IMG/VR virus record: IMGVR_UViG_3300017992_000015
Span: 85,367 to 149,366 of that record
Source of the DNA: a virus
Taxonomy: Duplodnaviria; Heunggongvirae; Uroviricota; Caudoviricetes
DNA: 64,000 nucleotides
Direction: 5' to 3' (one strand)
Part shown: in pieces, positions 1-9,057 of the stretch
Position numbering within the stretch: position 1 is the first letter of the stretch
Layout of the letters: the number at the start of each line of letters is the position of its first letter
Program-made: the position numbers and the translations under genes
Notes under the pieces: model-generated
What the model was told of the DNA's origin: nothing
Databases searched by the model: none
The model's input: only the letters and a program-made list of their open reading frames with translations

Positions 1-76
1 GCACGCCCAACTCCTGTTGGAGGCCGTCGCCTCCGGAGCTGCTGCCCGTTCATCCTCGTCCTGGGACTTATTTCAG

Positions 77-286
77 TTAACCGCCCTTTTGCTCACCCTT
101 GATCTCGATTTCCTCGGGATCTTCGTAAGCCTCTGCGGTGTCGAGGGTTTCTTCAACCTCACCGAACAGGTTCTCGTAACCTTCGGTCAGGGCGCGGCAG
201 CTGCCGCCTTGGACGCCGAAAACTGCGGTCGTTGCTTCTCCCTTGGGAGAGACCGTAATCTCGATGCGGGGTCCGGTGATAGGCAT
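77..286 (-). CDS. DUF2997-family small protein
   Basis: IEITVSPKGEATTAVFGVQGGSCRALTEGYENLFG matches the DUF2997 pattern. Start reassigned to the ATG at 286 behind a GGAG RBS. Third gene of the Ycf46/DUF1257/DUF2997 triad. Confidence 0.75.
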   Translation of the reverse strand: MPITGPRIEITVSPKGEATTAVFGVQGGSCRALTEGYENLFGEVEETLDTAEAYEDPEEIEIKGEQKGG

Positions 287-326
287 TTGTTCTCCAATCT
301 TGTTCTCGTGAATAAAATTGGCAGGA

Positions 327-749
327 CTAGACGTCCCAGCCATCACCTCCGCCGCCGTCGCCTTCGACCGCGTAGTCACCGCCCCCGATGGGGATGACCA
401 GCTTGATCGAGCCGTCGTCCAGTTTCAGTTCTTCCATCTCGGTAGCGCCTTCGGCTTCCGCCTTGGCTTTGGCAGCTTCGACCCCGTACTGCTGCTTGAG
501 GTTGTCGAGTTCTTTCTCTTTACCCCAAGAGCCGTTGTAGTTGTCGAACGAACATTCCCCAGTGGTCTGATCGATCGTTACAGGGTATCGCCAACCGGGC
601 AGTTGGACTTGGTGGCCGTGCTTGTTGCGCATGCCACCGCCTTTGCCCTTGGCGACGCCCATATATTGTGCGCCGGGAATCTTGTCGCACGCTTTTTTCA
701 AGGCCGCGGCGTCCTTGATAGCGCTTTTGCGTCGAGTCATGTGGCTCAA
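327..749 (-). CDS. DUF1257 (Ycf35-like) protein
   Basis: Begins (M)SHMTRRKSAIKDAAALKKAC and contains QLPGWRYPV and DNYNGSWG...LKQQYG, as in DUF1257. TTG start at 749 behind an AGGAG RBS. Confidence 0.75.
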   Translation of the reverse strand: MSHMTRRKSAIKDAAALKKACDKIPGAQYMGVAKGKGGGMRNKHGHQVQLPGWRYPVTIDQTTGECSFDNYNGSWGKEKELDNLKQQYGVEAAKAKAEAEGATEMEELKLDDGSIKLVIPIGGGDYAVEGDGGGGDGWDV

Positions 750-759
750 TGCAAATCTC

Positions 760-2466
760 CTAGTTGGAGGAGGGGTCTGCAGCCGTGGCGGCTCTCTCGG
801 TGGAGACCTTCCGCGACTTGCGGCCAGTATTGTGAACGCGTTCCCCGTTGACCGGGTAGGTGTTCTCCTGGCAGAATTTTCTGATAGCGGCGACAGCATC
901 TGCGTTGATCTTCGCTACCGGCGTGATTTCTCTCGCAGCGGCAAGAAGCTCTTCGGCAGTCGGACGGATCGCTTCAGCGTCGGGCGGGTCGCCCTTCTTG
1001 CCCGCGTCCTCCCACTTCGACATACGGTCGTCGTAGGCGTCATTGCGAGCGCTGATCACGATCTCTTCCAGCTCTGCGCCGGTGTATTGGTCGGTGCCGG
1101 TCACCACTGTACGCAGTGACTTTCCGTAGTGGGCCGAGTCGCAGTTGCGCCGGTCCAGGTGGATGCTGAGGATCTCGAGCCGCTCGTCTTGGTCCGGCAG
1201 GTCCGTGGACCACACCCGATCGAATCGTCCGGCACGCAGGAGTTCATCGGGAACCCCAGCCGTTCGGTTCATCGTGACCATGACGAACGTACGGGCGTCA
1301 GAATCGGACGCCATGTCCCGCTCGCTCAGCCAGTTGAGGAAGTAGCTCAACACCCGAGACGCCACGCCGCTGTCCGCAGCCTGGTTCTCGTGGGCGCCGC
1401 CGAAAGCCTTGTCGATCTCGTCGATCATGAGCAGGGCGTTCGGCATGGCTGCGACCATTTGGAGGGCAGAACGGATCTTCGCTTCCGATCCGCCGACATA
1501 CTTGTCGAACATGCTGCCGATGTCCATCAGCACCAGGTCCAGCCCAAGCATCTTGGCCGCGGCTTTCGCCACCAGTGTCTTGCCCGTACCCGCAGGCCCG
1601 ATCAGGACCGAGCCCCGTGGGAGCTCCAGCCCGACAGTTTGGGCGTGCTGGGTGTAGGCACGAGCGCGCTTACGCAGCCACGACAAGAAGGTCTTGAAGC
1701 CACCGATCTGATCGGCGTTCGGGATCTTCTCGTGCGGAATGAAGCGCAGACCCTCCACCTTCCGGATCACCTTCGCCTTTTCGGCGGCGATGATGTCCAG
1801 ACACTGCTCGTTGACGCCCCCACTCACAGCACACGCGTACGCAAAGATGCGCTGTGCTTCTTCGGAGGTCGTTCCGAGCATCGAGCGGATGATCTTTTCT
1901 TCCAGCTCTGCATCCACAGTTGTCTTCTTCTTACCTTTATTGCTCCGTGCGGCGGAGCCAACGATGAAGTCGAACACGTCTTTCTTCATCTCGTCGTATC
2001 GCGGGAGCTCGAAGTCGATGACGTCGCAGTACTCCGCAATATCGGCGTGAGGGACTGGCGTGTTGGCCAGTGTGACGATAGGTCGCGTTCTCTTGTCGTT
2101 GCTGAGCGCGTTGTCGATGCAAATCTCCATGAGCGCTCTTCGTAGTTGCAGGTTCTTCTGCCCCTGGCCGTTGAGATACGAGCCAAGATCCTTCATGAGA
2201 ATCAGGCCGTCCCCTGGCAGCTTCTGGGAAGCAGCCTCCTGCAATGCTTGTAACGGGTCGATACACTTCGTATTCCAGCTGGCTCCCGTCACACAGTTCC
2301 AGCTGTACCATCGCAGATCAACAGGCGTCTGCCTGGTATACTCGGCAGCGATCTCTTTCAGGGCTCGCTCTGCGCGGCCCTCGTCGCCAGACAAGTACAC
2401 CCAAATGACAGACGATCCAGAGTCGATCTTCGACATGAAGGACTGAGCGAATTTAGTCGCCATCAT
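760..2466 (-). CDS. Ycf46-like AAA+ ATPase
   Basis: Walker A GPAGTGKT, pore loop KYVGGSE, Walker B LMIDEIDK, SRH TMNR...PDELLRAGRFD. Degenerate N-terminal AAA domain (LILMKDL). Confidence 0.9.
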   Translation of the reverse strand: MMATKFAQSFMSKIDSGSSVIWVYLSGDEGRAERALKEIAAEYTRQTPVDLRWYSWNCVTGASWNTKCIDPLQALQEAASQKLPGDGLILMKDLGSYLNGQGQKNLQLRRALMEICIDNALSNDKRTRPIVTLANTPVPHADIAEYCDVIDFELPRYDEMKKDVFDFIVGSAARSNKGKKKTTVDAELEEKIIRSMLGTTSEEAQRIFAYACAVSGGVNEQCLDIIAAEKAKVIRKVEGLRFIPHEKIPNADQIGGFKTFLSWLRKRARAYTQHAQTVGLELPRGSVLIGPAGTGKTLVAKAAAKMLGLDLVLMDIGSMFDKYVGGSEAKIRSALQMVAAMPNALLMIDEIDKAFGGAHENQAADSGVASRVLSYFLNWLSERDMASDSDARTFVMVTMNRTAGVPDELLRAGRFDRVWSTDLPDQDERLEILSIHLDRRNCDSAHYGKSLRTVVTGTDQYTGAELEEIVISARNDAYDDRMSKWEDAGKKGDPPDAEAIRPTAEELLAAAREITPVAKINADAVAAIRKFCQENTYPVNGERVHNTGRKSRKVSTERAATAADPSSN

Positions 2467-3805
2467 CTCTCCTGTCTAAACGTACTCCTCTTGGACGTCT
2501 TTCACTTGTAACAGGACCTTGCGGTTCCTCTGCGTCTCCTCCGCGTTCGTCGAAGACGTCTTGCAATGCAGCACGGATCTGACTCCTGCTGCGGTCGAGA
2601 CCGTAGCGATCGGCGAGTACACGTCTGACAGCGCCAAGTGCTTCATCCACATCCGGGTTTTCTTGGCGTTGTAGCGTGCCGTCTCGCGAGATAGCTACGA
2701 ATTCCTCGCTTTGTATTAGGCCGTTGGCTGCGTCGAGCACGTCGTACAGATCCATATCGGCCACTAGGTTGTTCACGCCTCCGGTGGTGTGGGGCCACCC
2801 GTCGAGTCGCGTGATGATGTCCTCAACCCACGCCTGGCGACGGTGCTCCGCCTGGACGACCCCGAGGCAGCCCTCGAGCATCAGTACCAGCGCGCGGCAG
2901 TCGTTGGCGTCGTGGCGTACACGACGCGTCAGGTTGCCGGCAACCCCGTCGATCTCGCAGTTGCGCAGCATATCGCGGATGTCATCCATGGCGCGTGAGC
3001 GCGACGGAAAATCGCGATTGTAGTGACTCTGGAGCGCCGACATGATGAACTCCCGGTTCTGACCCGTCATGTACATCAGCCGGTGCCGAAGGTCCTCGAA
3101 CTGCATCTGAATCAGTCGTTCGAAGCTGTCCTCCGGTGCACGCAGTGCTTCTGCGAGGATTTCCTGCAAATGTGCACGTGCGTTGCGTAGCGCTGCCGTG
3201 TCGTCACGTGACATGTCGGACGATAGCGCGACCGCGGCATCAATCTCGGTTGTCCCTTCAATGCAGGCACGGACGATTCGGTGGATGGGTAGCATGGCGA
3301 GCCAGCTGCGCGCGATCGGACGCATCAGGCGATGCCAACCAGTCTCGCGCATGATCTTGCCGGTATTGACGTGGTATGTCAACGAATCCGGCAGCGCAAC
3401 ATACAGTCGCATCTCCTCGGCCATGCGTCGATGATGATAGCACGCCAGGATGACGTCTCCTACGGTGGCATCCCACTCGTAGTTGCCGTCGCTACTCCTC
3501 GCCGAAACGTATCGTCCACCGTAGTCCGACATAGATGTAGCGGTGTGCGTTACGTGCGACAGCACGCGAACGAACGAGTAGTTGGCGTTGAAGACTACTG
3601 GAGTCGGTGCGCGCCAGGCCTCGTTGCGAATCCAGCTGCGGTCGTTACCAATGGACCGCAGCCGCTCCTGGTCGATGGTCTCGGCGGTTCGGCGCCCGCG
3701 CCTTTGCCGCCGTTCACGTAGGTCTGGTGTGATAGCCGTGTAGTCACTATCAGACGTTTCGGGCATTCTGGGCATGCTGTCCTCCGACGGACAGCCAAGA
3801 CTCAA
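2453..3805 (-). CDS. Hypothetical protein (Arg/Asp-rich, 450 aa)
   Basis: Long ORF on the coding strand filling the gap between neighbours with short overlaps. No motif recognised. Confidence 0.55.
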   Translation of the reverse strand: MSLGCPSEDSMPRMPETSDSDYTAITPDLRERRQRRGRRTAETIDQERLRSIGNDRSWIRNEAWRAPTPVVFNANYSFVRVLSHVTHTATSMSDYGGRYVSARSSDGNYEWDATVGDVILACYHHRRMAEEMRLYVALPDSLTYHVNTGKIMRETGWHRLMRPIARSWLAMLPIHRIVRACIEGTTEIDAAVALSSDMSRDDTAALRNARAHLQEILAEALRAPEDSFERLIQMQFEDLRHRLMYMTGQNREFIMSALQSHYNRDFPSRSRAMDDIRDMLRNCEIDGVAGNLTRRVRHDANDCRALVLMLEGCLGVVQAEHRRQAWVEDIITRLDGWPHTTGGVNNLVADMDLYDVLDAANGLIQSEEFVAISRDGTLQRQENPDVDEALGAVRRVLADRYGLDRSRSQIRAALQDVFDERGGDAEEPQGPVTSERRPRGVRLDRRDDGD

Positions 3806-4515
3806 ATCGGTTTGAGTTTGCTGCCCTCTTCTTCTTTGGATTGAATTGCCCCAAGCATACGCTTAACGGAGTCGGTGGCGTCGCCGTCTCGCAACGGCAG
3901 GGCGTCCAGCGTCTCCAGCAGGCGCCGCAGCCGGGCTTTCACCACGGCGTTGATCTCGTCGGTCTTCTCACGCTCTTTGTCGTAGATCGCGTTGAACATC
4001 GACGGATCGTCTGAGTAGGTCGCCTGCACCTTCTCCCACGTCTGCTCGTTCAAGATGCCGAGCCGCAAGACGTCGGGAGGAGTCATAATGCCCTCTTCAT
4101 CTAGCGTCTTACCGATGTACTCAAGTATCTGATCAGTGAATGGTTCTTCTTCATTCGGATCGGGTGGCCAGATAAGGAGAGATTCAGTAATAGCCCACGC
4201 AATTTCCCCTGCGTCTGCGGGGTCAAACGCATGCGGACTGACGCTACCGTTGTAGAGGGCGTTGCAGAGTCGGATGAAGTCCGGAAGGTTAGTGTAAAAC
4301 CCATCGGTCGTTACGAGTTCCCTCGCTGCCAGGAGCTTGTTGAAAGAAGGCTCCTTAAGCGGGGATCCCAACTCCTCCTGCATCTCCATCCGGATCGTCA
4401 TCGGGTCCCAGTTCAGCCACTCCGGGCCGAGCAGGTCGCTCGCGGCGATCAACAGGACCGTCGCTGATGTCTCCGGGTCGAGAAGGATCTGCTTCATCTG
4501 CTGCGAGAGGGCCAT
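3802..4515 (-). CDS. Hypothetical phage protein
   Basis: 237 aa, acidic, GGAG RBS, 4-nt overlap with the next gene. Confidence 0.7.
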   Translation of the reverse strand: MALSQQMKQILLDPETSATVLLIAASDLLGPEWLNWDPMTIRMEMQEELGSPLKEPSFNKLLAARELVTTDGFYTNLPDFIRLCNALYNGSVSPHAFDPADAGEIAWAITESLLIWPPDPNEEEPFTDQILEYIGKTLDEEGIMTPPDVLRLGILNEQTWEKVQATYSDDPSMFNAIYDKEREKTDEINAVVKARLRRLLETLDALPLRDGDATDSVKRMLGAIQSKEEEGSKLKPI

Positions 4516-5014
4516 GTTCCTGGTTCTCCATAACTATCCGGCGCCATTCCATCAGCGTCGGTTGGCCGAGGTCATATGATATGCCCTCAAACGTCGGTGG
4601 CATCTGCTCGGTCACGTCACCGTGTTGCAACGTGAAGTGCGTATCCAGTCCACTGATACTGAACCAACGCCGATCGGCCAGCGATAGAAAGCGCGGGGCC
4701 AGATACGGGATGTTCGGATCAGTGTCTAGCATCTTACCGTACTCTCGACCGATCGCCAGCAGCGCGTCGCCGCGCTGTTGCAACAGGGAGATCATCATGT
4801 CCTGGTTGATGATGCCCCTCGGGATGATGTGTCCCGCTGTCCAGACTACGCATGCCTGCTCAAACGGGATCGTCCACGACGGGTCGAGTCCCAGGTAGGG
4901 CGGCATGTCTTCTTCAAACAATCGCACGGCATTCAGGATCGTGGACACAAGCAGCCGCTTCTGATGAAACAGCCGGTTCTGCCCCATAACCTGGCCGACT
5001 CGTAACTCGATCAT
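4355..5014 (-). CDS. Hypothetical protein
   Basis: ATGA-coupled to the upstream gene. The C-terminal ~50 codons overlap the next gene and look like run-on. Confidence 0.45.
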   Translation of the reverse strand: MIELRVGQVMGQNRLFHQKRLLVSTILNAVRLFEEDMPPYLGLDPSWTIPFEQACVVWTAGHIIPRGIINQDMMISLLQQRGDALLAIGREYGKMLDTDPNIPYLAPRFLSLADRRWFSISGLDTHFTLQHGDVTEQMPPTFEGISYDLGQPTLMEWRRIVMENQEHGPLAADEADPSRPGDISDGPVDRRERPARPGVAELGPDDDPDGDAGGVGIPA

Positions 5015-5301
5015 GCTCTCTGTGCGAAAAGGAACTCTGCGCGGAAGCCAACGACTTGCGCGTTTGGGTCCAGGGCGTCGGCACCGTCAAGCATTTCGCC
5101 ATCCGTACCGACCGGCCCTACGATTGGGTTGTCCGTCATCCCGCCGCCCGAGAAGCCACGCCGGGATGCTTCCTCCCGTGCCAGCTCCTTGCAGCGTTGA
5201 TGCTCCACCTCGCCCCGGTCCTGGCCATCGATGACGACCTTGAGCTTGTCCATACCCACCCCGCGGACGGGTCCCGATTCTCGTTCGTTGACGACGATCA
5301 T
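5011..5301 (-). CDS. Hypothetical protein
   Basis: Start moved to MIVVNE (ATG 5301) behind GGAG...AGG. A CATAAT element lies about 50 nt upstream. Confidence 0.6.
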   Translation of the reverse strand: MIVVNERESGPVRGVGMDKLKVVIDGQDRGEVEHQRCKELAREEASRRGFSGGGMTDNPIVGPVGTDGEMLDGADALDPNAQVVGFRAEFLFAQRA

Positions 5302-5515
5302 CCTATTTCTCCAGCGTTTCCGGTGCAATCCGACCTCCGGACTGCTGGTATTATGCTACCAAATCCGGATAGCTAAAGAAAGGTCGGGCCAATGCCCGGC
5401 CAGATCTTACATAAACTTACGAACTTTATAGCGGGAACAAGTGGAACAGGTTTTGGTGACGTCCTGTCCATAGTCCCCGACTATAAAGTCCGCAGGTCTA
5501 TGTACGATCAGGCCG

Positions 5516-6487
5516 TTAGGTGGGTACCGGAGTTTCCTTTGGCTCCGGCGTGGGGGTGTCCGTATTTCCTGCCAGCGCAAGCTTTGTGCACCTGGCGCAG
5601 AGATCCGGATTCGGGATGCTCTCCGTTGGAGATAGTATTAGGTCGCGCCCGAGTGGCTTCAACTCACCGCATGAGTTTTTCTTAGCCTTCGAGTGCCGAC
5701 CGCACCATTTGCAACGTAGAGGATCGTTATGAGAAGATGTGGGGGGCTTCTCAGGTTCTTGCGGCGGGGATGCCGCAGGGGGTTCCGGGCTTTTGGCTGC
5801 CCGGTCCGCGACTTTCGCAATCTTAGTCTCGGTACTTTGGAGGGACTTCCTGGTCTCGGCGAGCGCAGCTGACGCAGTGGCGAGCCCTTCAGTGAGGGTC
5901 GGGAGCTTCTTGAGCTCCGCCGCCGCTTCGAATAGCTGTCTCTCGAGCTCATCTTTGCCCGTCTCCAACTTACCGATCCGCGATCGCTGTTCGCGGGTTT
6001 CGGAAAGGAGTTCCGAATAGAGAAGAGGTCGCTTTTCTGGCGTCTCAGACGCCAGCACACCGGCCAGTCCGTGGGTGATGAAATCCTCCACGTAGGCCAG
6101 CATGTACTCCAACTGCCGCAACAAGGTGACAGGTGGAGGGTTGTTGGGATCGGCGATCTTGGACATGAGTTCGATCTCGATCTCCGCCATGTCCTGGATG
6201 TCTTTCGTGCCTTTGTCGGTTGCGTAATCACGCAACGCGGCGGTGAGTGTGGTCGAAACTCTGTTGTGCACTCGACTCTTGGTGGCCAAGACGCGCAACT
6301 TTTGTTGTTTCTCCCGATGGCGCTCCAGCAGATGCTGCCAGATGAAAGCGCCTACGGCACCCACGGTGGCCAGAAAGGCAAGGCCGAGCCCACGAAACGC
6401 TGCATCGGTGCAGTAGACGTCAAGCGTCACGATAATCGCTCCAGCAACACCGATAATTGCTGGAATGATCCACTTCCCAAACCTCAT
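5516..6487 (-). CDS. Membrane-anchored coiled-coil protein with C-terminal CxxC...CxxC ribbon
   Basis: Two N-terminal hydrophobic helices, heptad region (ELERQLFEAAAELKKL), Pro-rich linker, CKWC and CARC motifs. GGAGG RBS. Confidence 0.65.
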   Translation of the reverse strand: MRFGKWIIPAIIGVAGAIIVTLDVYCTDAAFRGLGLAFLATVGAVGAFIWQHLLERHREKQQKLRVLATKSRVHNRVSTTLTAALRDYATDKGTKDIQDMAEIEIELMSKIADPNNPPPVTLLRQLEYMLAYVEDFITHGLAGVLASETPEKRPLLYSELLSETREQRSRIGKLETGKDELERQLFEAAAELKKLPTLTEGLATASAALAETRKSLQSTETKIAKVADRAAKSPEPPAASPPQEPEKPPTSSHNDPLRCKWCGRHSKAKKNSCGELKPLGRDLILSPTESIPNPDLCARCTKLALAGNTDTPTPEPKETPVPT

Positions 6488-6691
6488 GGCTGTGCCTCCA
6501 CGGTAAGGATAAGTTGGAAAACCAAGCTGCTTTCGCAGCTCCCTGAAATATTGAGTTGCCCCAGCTCCAATCTGGTCTAAGCCATGCCGGCATCAGGGGC
6601 CGACTAACGGAGAGTAAGACCGTCTCCGGTCCGTCCGACTTCATTCGTCCTGGGGCAACTCACACAACCGGATGGGCCGGATTGTGTACCT

Positions 6692-6725
6692 AAAAAACCG
6701 CGGCGGACGTTGCCAGTCGCCGCGG
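6692..6725 (-). terminator. Rho-independent terminator
   Basis: Minus strand reads CCGCGGCGA-CTGGCAACG-TCCGCCGCGG followed by TTTTTT. Confidence 0.75.
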
Positions 6726-6928
6726 CTGGTAGACGCGAAGCTTTAATGCTTCCACTCTCGGCGAAGCCATGAGCGTTGTCTAACCTGTTCTACTATATAA
6801 TGCCCGGGTATTATGTCGTTTTTGACAGGCCCAGCGCCCGTTTTCGACGAGTTTTGGTAGCTAAAAATGGTGGCACCCCTGGCCCTCCGCATTCGCGGAG
6901 GGCAGCAGGGGGCCATTCGTCGGTTGTA

Positions 6929-7555
6929 TCAGAGCGAGATGCCAAACTTTTTACAGATCCGAGTGATCTTTCCGACGTAAAGTTTGATCTCGATGTCGTC
7001 GACAGGGCAGTGGTTGTGCTGAAGCACGCTGAAGATGCGTTGCTTGTCCACTTCCTTACCTTCGACCAGCCTGGTTTCCGTTGCCTGCATCATGCGCGGA
7101 CCCAGAACCCGCACGGCAGGGTGCATCACGTTGTCAGCCAGGTATGCTGGACCGTCCGGATTCAGCAGCACAATCGCCACCAACTCCGGGAGCTCCTCGT
7201 CCTGACCGCCGTCTGCCGCCAACAGAAGCAGCATCCGGCGCATATCAGCCCAGTCGGCCTGGGAAATCTCGCTCGGACACGCGTCCGGCGTGTAGATCTG
7301 CGCCAGATCGCGCAGAACCGCCTTTCCCTCCGCCGACTGCGCAAAAACACGCAAGCCACGCTTCGAACTCATGGTGGGCATGCGCATCCACTTCTGTGGC
7401 TTCTGATCGATCGTCGGGATGATCGTCCCGACATCATTGACCTGCCCGGGCCAATGGATCGATTTGAGAAAATCCTGCTCCTTCTCCGTCAGCTCGGCCC
7501 CGCAGCACAGCGAACTCAGCAACAGCATCGCGATTGTAGTAACCATAAAACGCAT
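6929..7555 (-). CDS. Putative exported protein (signal peptide)
   Basis: Start reassigned to MRFMVTTIAMLLLSSLCCGA-E (ATG 7555): a basic residue, hydrophobic core and small-residue cleavage site. AAGGA RBS. Confidence 0.6.
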   Translation of the reverse strand: MRFMVTTIAMLLLSSLCCGAELTEKEQDFLKSIHWPGQVNDVGTIIPTIDQKPQKWMRMPTMSSKRGLRVFAQSAEGKAVLRDLAQIYTPDACPSEISQADWADMRRMLLLLAADGGQDEELPELVAIVLLNPDGPAYLADNVMHPAVRVLGPRMMQATETRLVEGKEVDKQRIFSVLQHNHCPVDDIEIKLYVGKITRICKKFGISL

Positions 7556-7626
7556 CGTACATCCTTTCGAAAGGGGAGCACCTGGCGCTGCCCCGCACCA
7601 GGTGCTCCGGGGTGAGTTGAAACCGA

Positions 7627-7854
7627 CTAGTAGTCCTCGGGAATGGTACCGTGCAGGAAGTTCCTGCTTCCCAGGGGGTCGTCTTGCAGCCACGCTGCTT
7701 CACAGCCAGCGCTGCAGACGTGCACAAATCCCATCGATTGGTGCATCTTCTCGGCCGGTAGCTTGGTACCGCAGCCGACACATTCCTGAAGCTCCTCAGG
7801 GGGAGCCTCTACGGCGTCATCCGTTTGGGTCGCCGTCTCGACAGCTTCAGACAT
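7627..7854 (-). CDS. Small zinc-finger protein (CxxC...CxxxC)
   Basis: CVGC and CSAGC motifs (TRASH/MYM-like spacing). GGAGG RBS. Confidence 0.6.
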   Translation of the reverse strand: MSEAVETATQTDDAVEAPPEELQECVGCGTKLPAEKMHQSMGFVHVCSAGCEAAWLQDDPLGSRNFLHGTIPEDY

Positions 7855-8123
7855 ATCTCGCCCTCCTTCGTAGCGGGATAGGGGCAGCGAGGTTGCCGCC
7901 CCGTGTTGAAGTGATGCAGGAACAGGCGCTTGACCCGTTCTTGGACACGCTTGTCACCGAGGTCTGGGTGCCCCGGCCACAGCGACAGTTCATTCAGCGT
8001 TGCGCACATACAACACTGTCCGAGCTCTTCCATGAACTCATAGATCATCAGCTTGTGATGGTCGACCTTACGCCAGCACTTGCGTATTGCACCATCGCAG
8101 CTGAGTATCCTTTCCCCATGCAT
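7809..8123 (-). CDS. Hypothetical protein
   Basis: GGAGG/GGAG RBS, 104 aa, 46-nt overlap with the downstream gene. Confidence 0.45.
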   Translation of the reverse strand: MHGERILSCDGAIRKCWRKVDHHKLMIYEFMEELGQCCMCATLNELSLWPGHPDLGDKRVQERVKRLFLHHFNTGRQPRCPYPATKEGEICLKLSRRRPKRMTP

Positions 8124-8253
8124 CTCCGTCCTCCTTGGGGGGGGATGAGAGCTTGAAACACCGACGATGGCGAGAACGGCAGCTCCAAACCGCCTCTAGG
8201 CACCGGTAAAGGGGCTCTATGTAATAATGCCCTGAATATGTCGGTTATTCAGC

Positions 8254-8595
8254 TCAGATAACCCGTCGCTGCATGGCGTTGCGGCGATCGCGGTAGTGGA
8301 GCTTTAGAGAGGTGCAGCTAAACAACTCCTTGAGTCGCTGCTGCTGATCGAAGGTAAGGCTCATGATGCACCGCTTGATCTCGTTGTAGTCGACGACCGG
8401 GCTGGTCGCGGCTTTCTGGGCCTGCTTCTTGGCCAGTTTGCTACAACGAGGGCGGCCACAGCCGACCGCCTTCGACTGCGGTATGACATACGGCTTCTCG
8501 TGAGGCGGATCTTTGAAGAACACGAACTCGTGGTACGCCTCAGAGGCAATAGCCTTGTCGATCATCTGCGGTGACAGCAGAAGCGGTGCGCCCAT
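8254..8595 (-). CDS. Hypothetical protein
   Basis: Directly follows the stop of the upstream gene. Basic and Cys-containing. Confidence 0.6.
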   Translation of the reverse strand: MGAPLLLSPQMIDKAIASEAYHEFVFFKDPPHEKPYVIPQSKAVGCGRPRCSKLAKKQAQKAATSPVVDYNEIKRCIMSLTFDQQQRLKELFSCTSLKLHYRDRRNAMQRRVI

Positions 8596-8597
8596 GA

Positions 8598-9020
8598 CTA
8601 GCTCGATATGATCGTGACCGGCGGTTGTGCCTCCAGGTTCTCTCCGTCCTTCACCGTTTGGACGAGCTCCTGGACCTGTGTCTGAATGAGCTCCCAGATG
8701 TCGGTGGCCATCGACTCGCTGTCGACCACGACATCCATGTAGCTCAAGCGAAAGCCCGGAGGACTAGTGTCCGGCTCTGGCTCGGTGATAGGAAGCTCGA
8801 GGAGGTCGGGCCACGAGCAAACGCCGGATAGGACGCTGTCGGACACCCCCGTGACCTGGTTGATAGGCTTCCGAAAGTAGCGAAAGATCTCGTCATCGAT
8901 CCCCTCGCCGGCCGAGGCCTCAATTCTGAGACGGAAACCAACATTCCCGTTGATCACGTAGTCCGCCTCAAAGTACGGGGTAAGAGTTATTGATACCTCG
9001 GGACCGAGTGAGCTGGACAT
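8598..9020 (-). CDS. Hypothetical protein
   Basis: AAGGAGG RBS, 140 aa, acidic. TATAAT about 40 nt upstream. Confidence 0.7.
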   Translation of the reverse strand: MSSSLGPEVSITLTPYFEADYVINGNVGFRLRIEASAGEGIDDEIFRYFRKPINQVTGVSDSVLSGVCSWPDLLELPITEPEPDTSPPGFRLSYMDVVVDSESMATDIWELIQTQVQELVQTVKDGENLEAQPPVTIISS

Positions 9021-9057
9021 TCCTAGCCTCCTTGCTGGGCTTCGTGCACGATCTCGG

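Noticed and set aside
4355-4515. 160-nt overlap between two same-strand ORFs as a functional overprinted region
   Set aside because: The overlapping tail is low-complexity run-on in a GC-rich frame, and nothing supports function.
6552-6662. CTGATG and GACGAA on the minus strand as a hammerhead ribozyme core
   Set aside because: The required CUGANGA and GAAA elements are incomplete and in the wrong arrangement.
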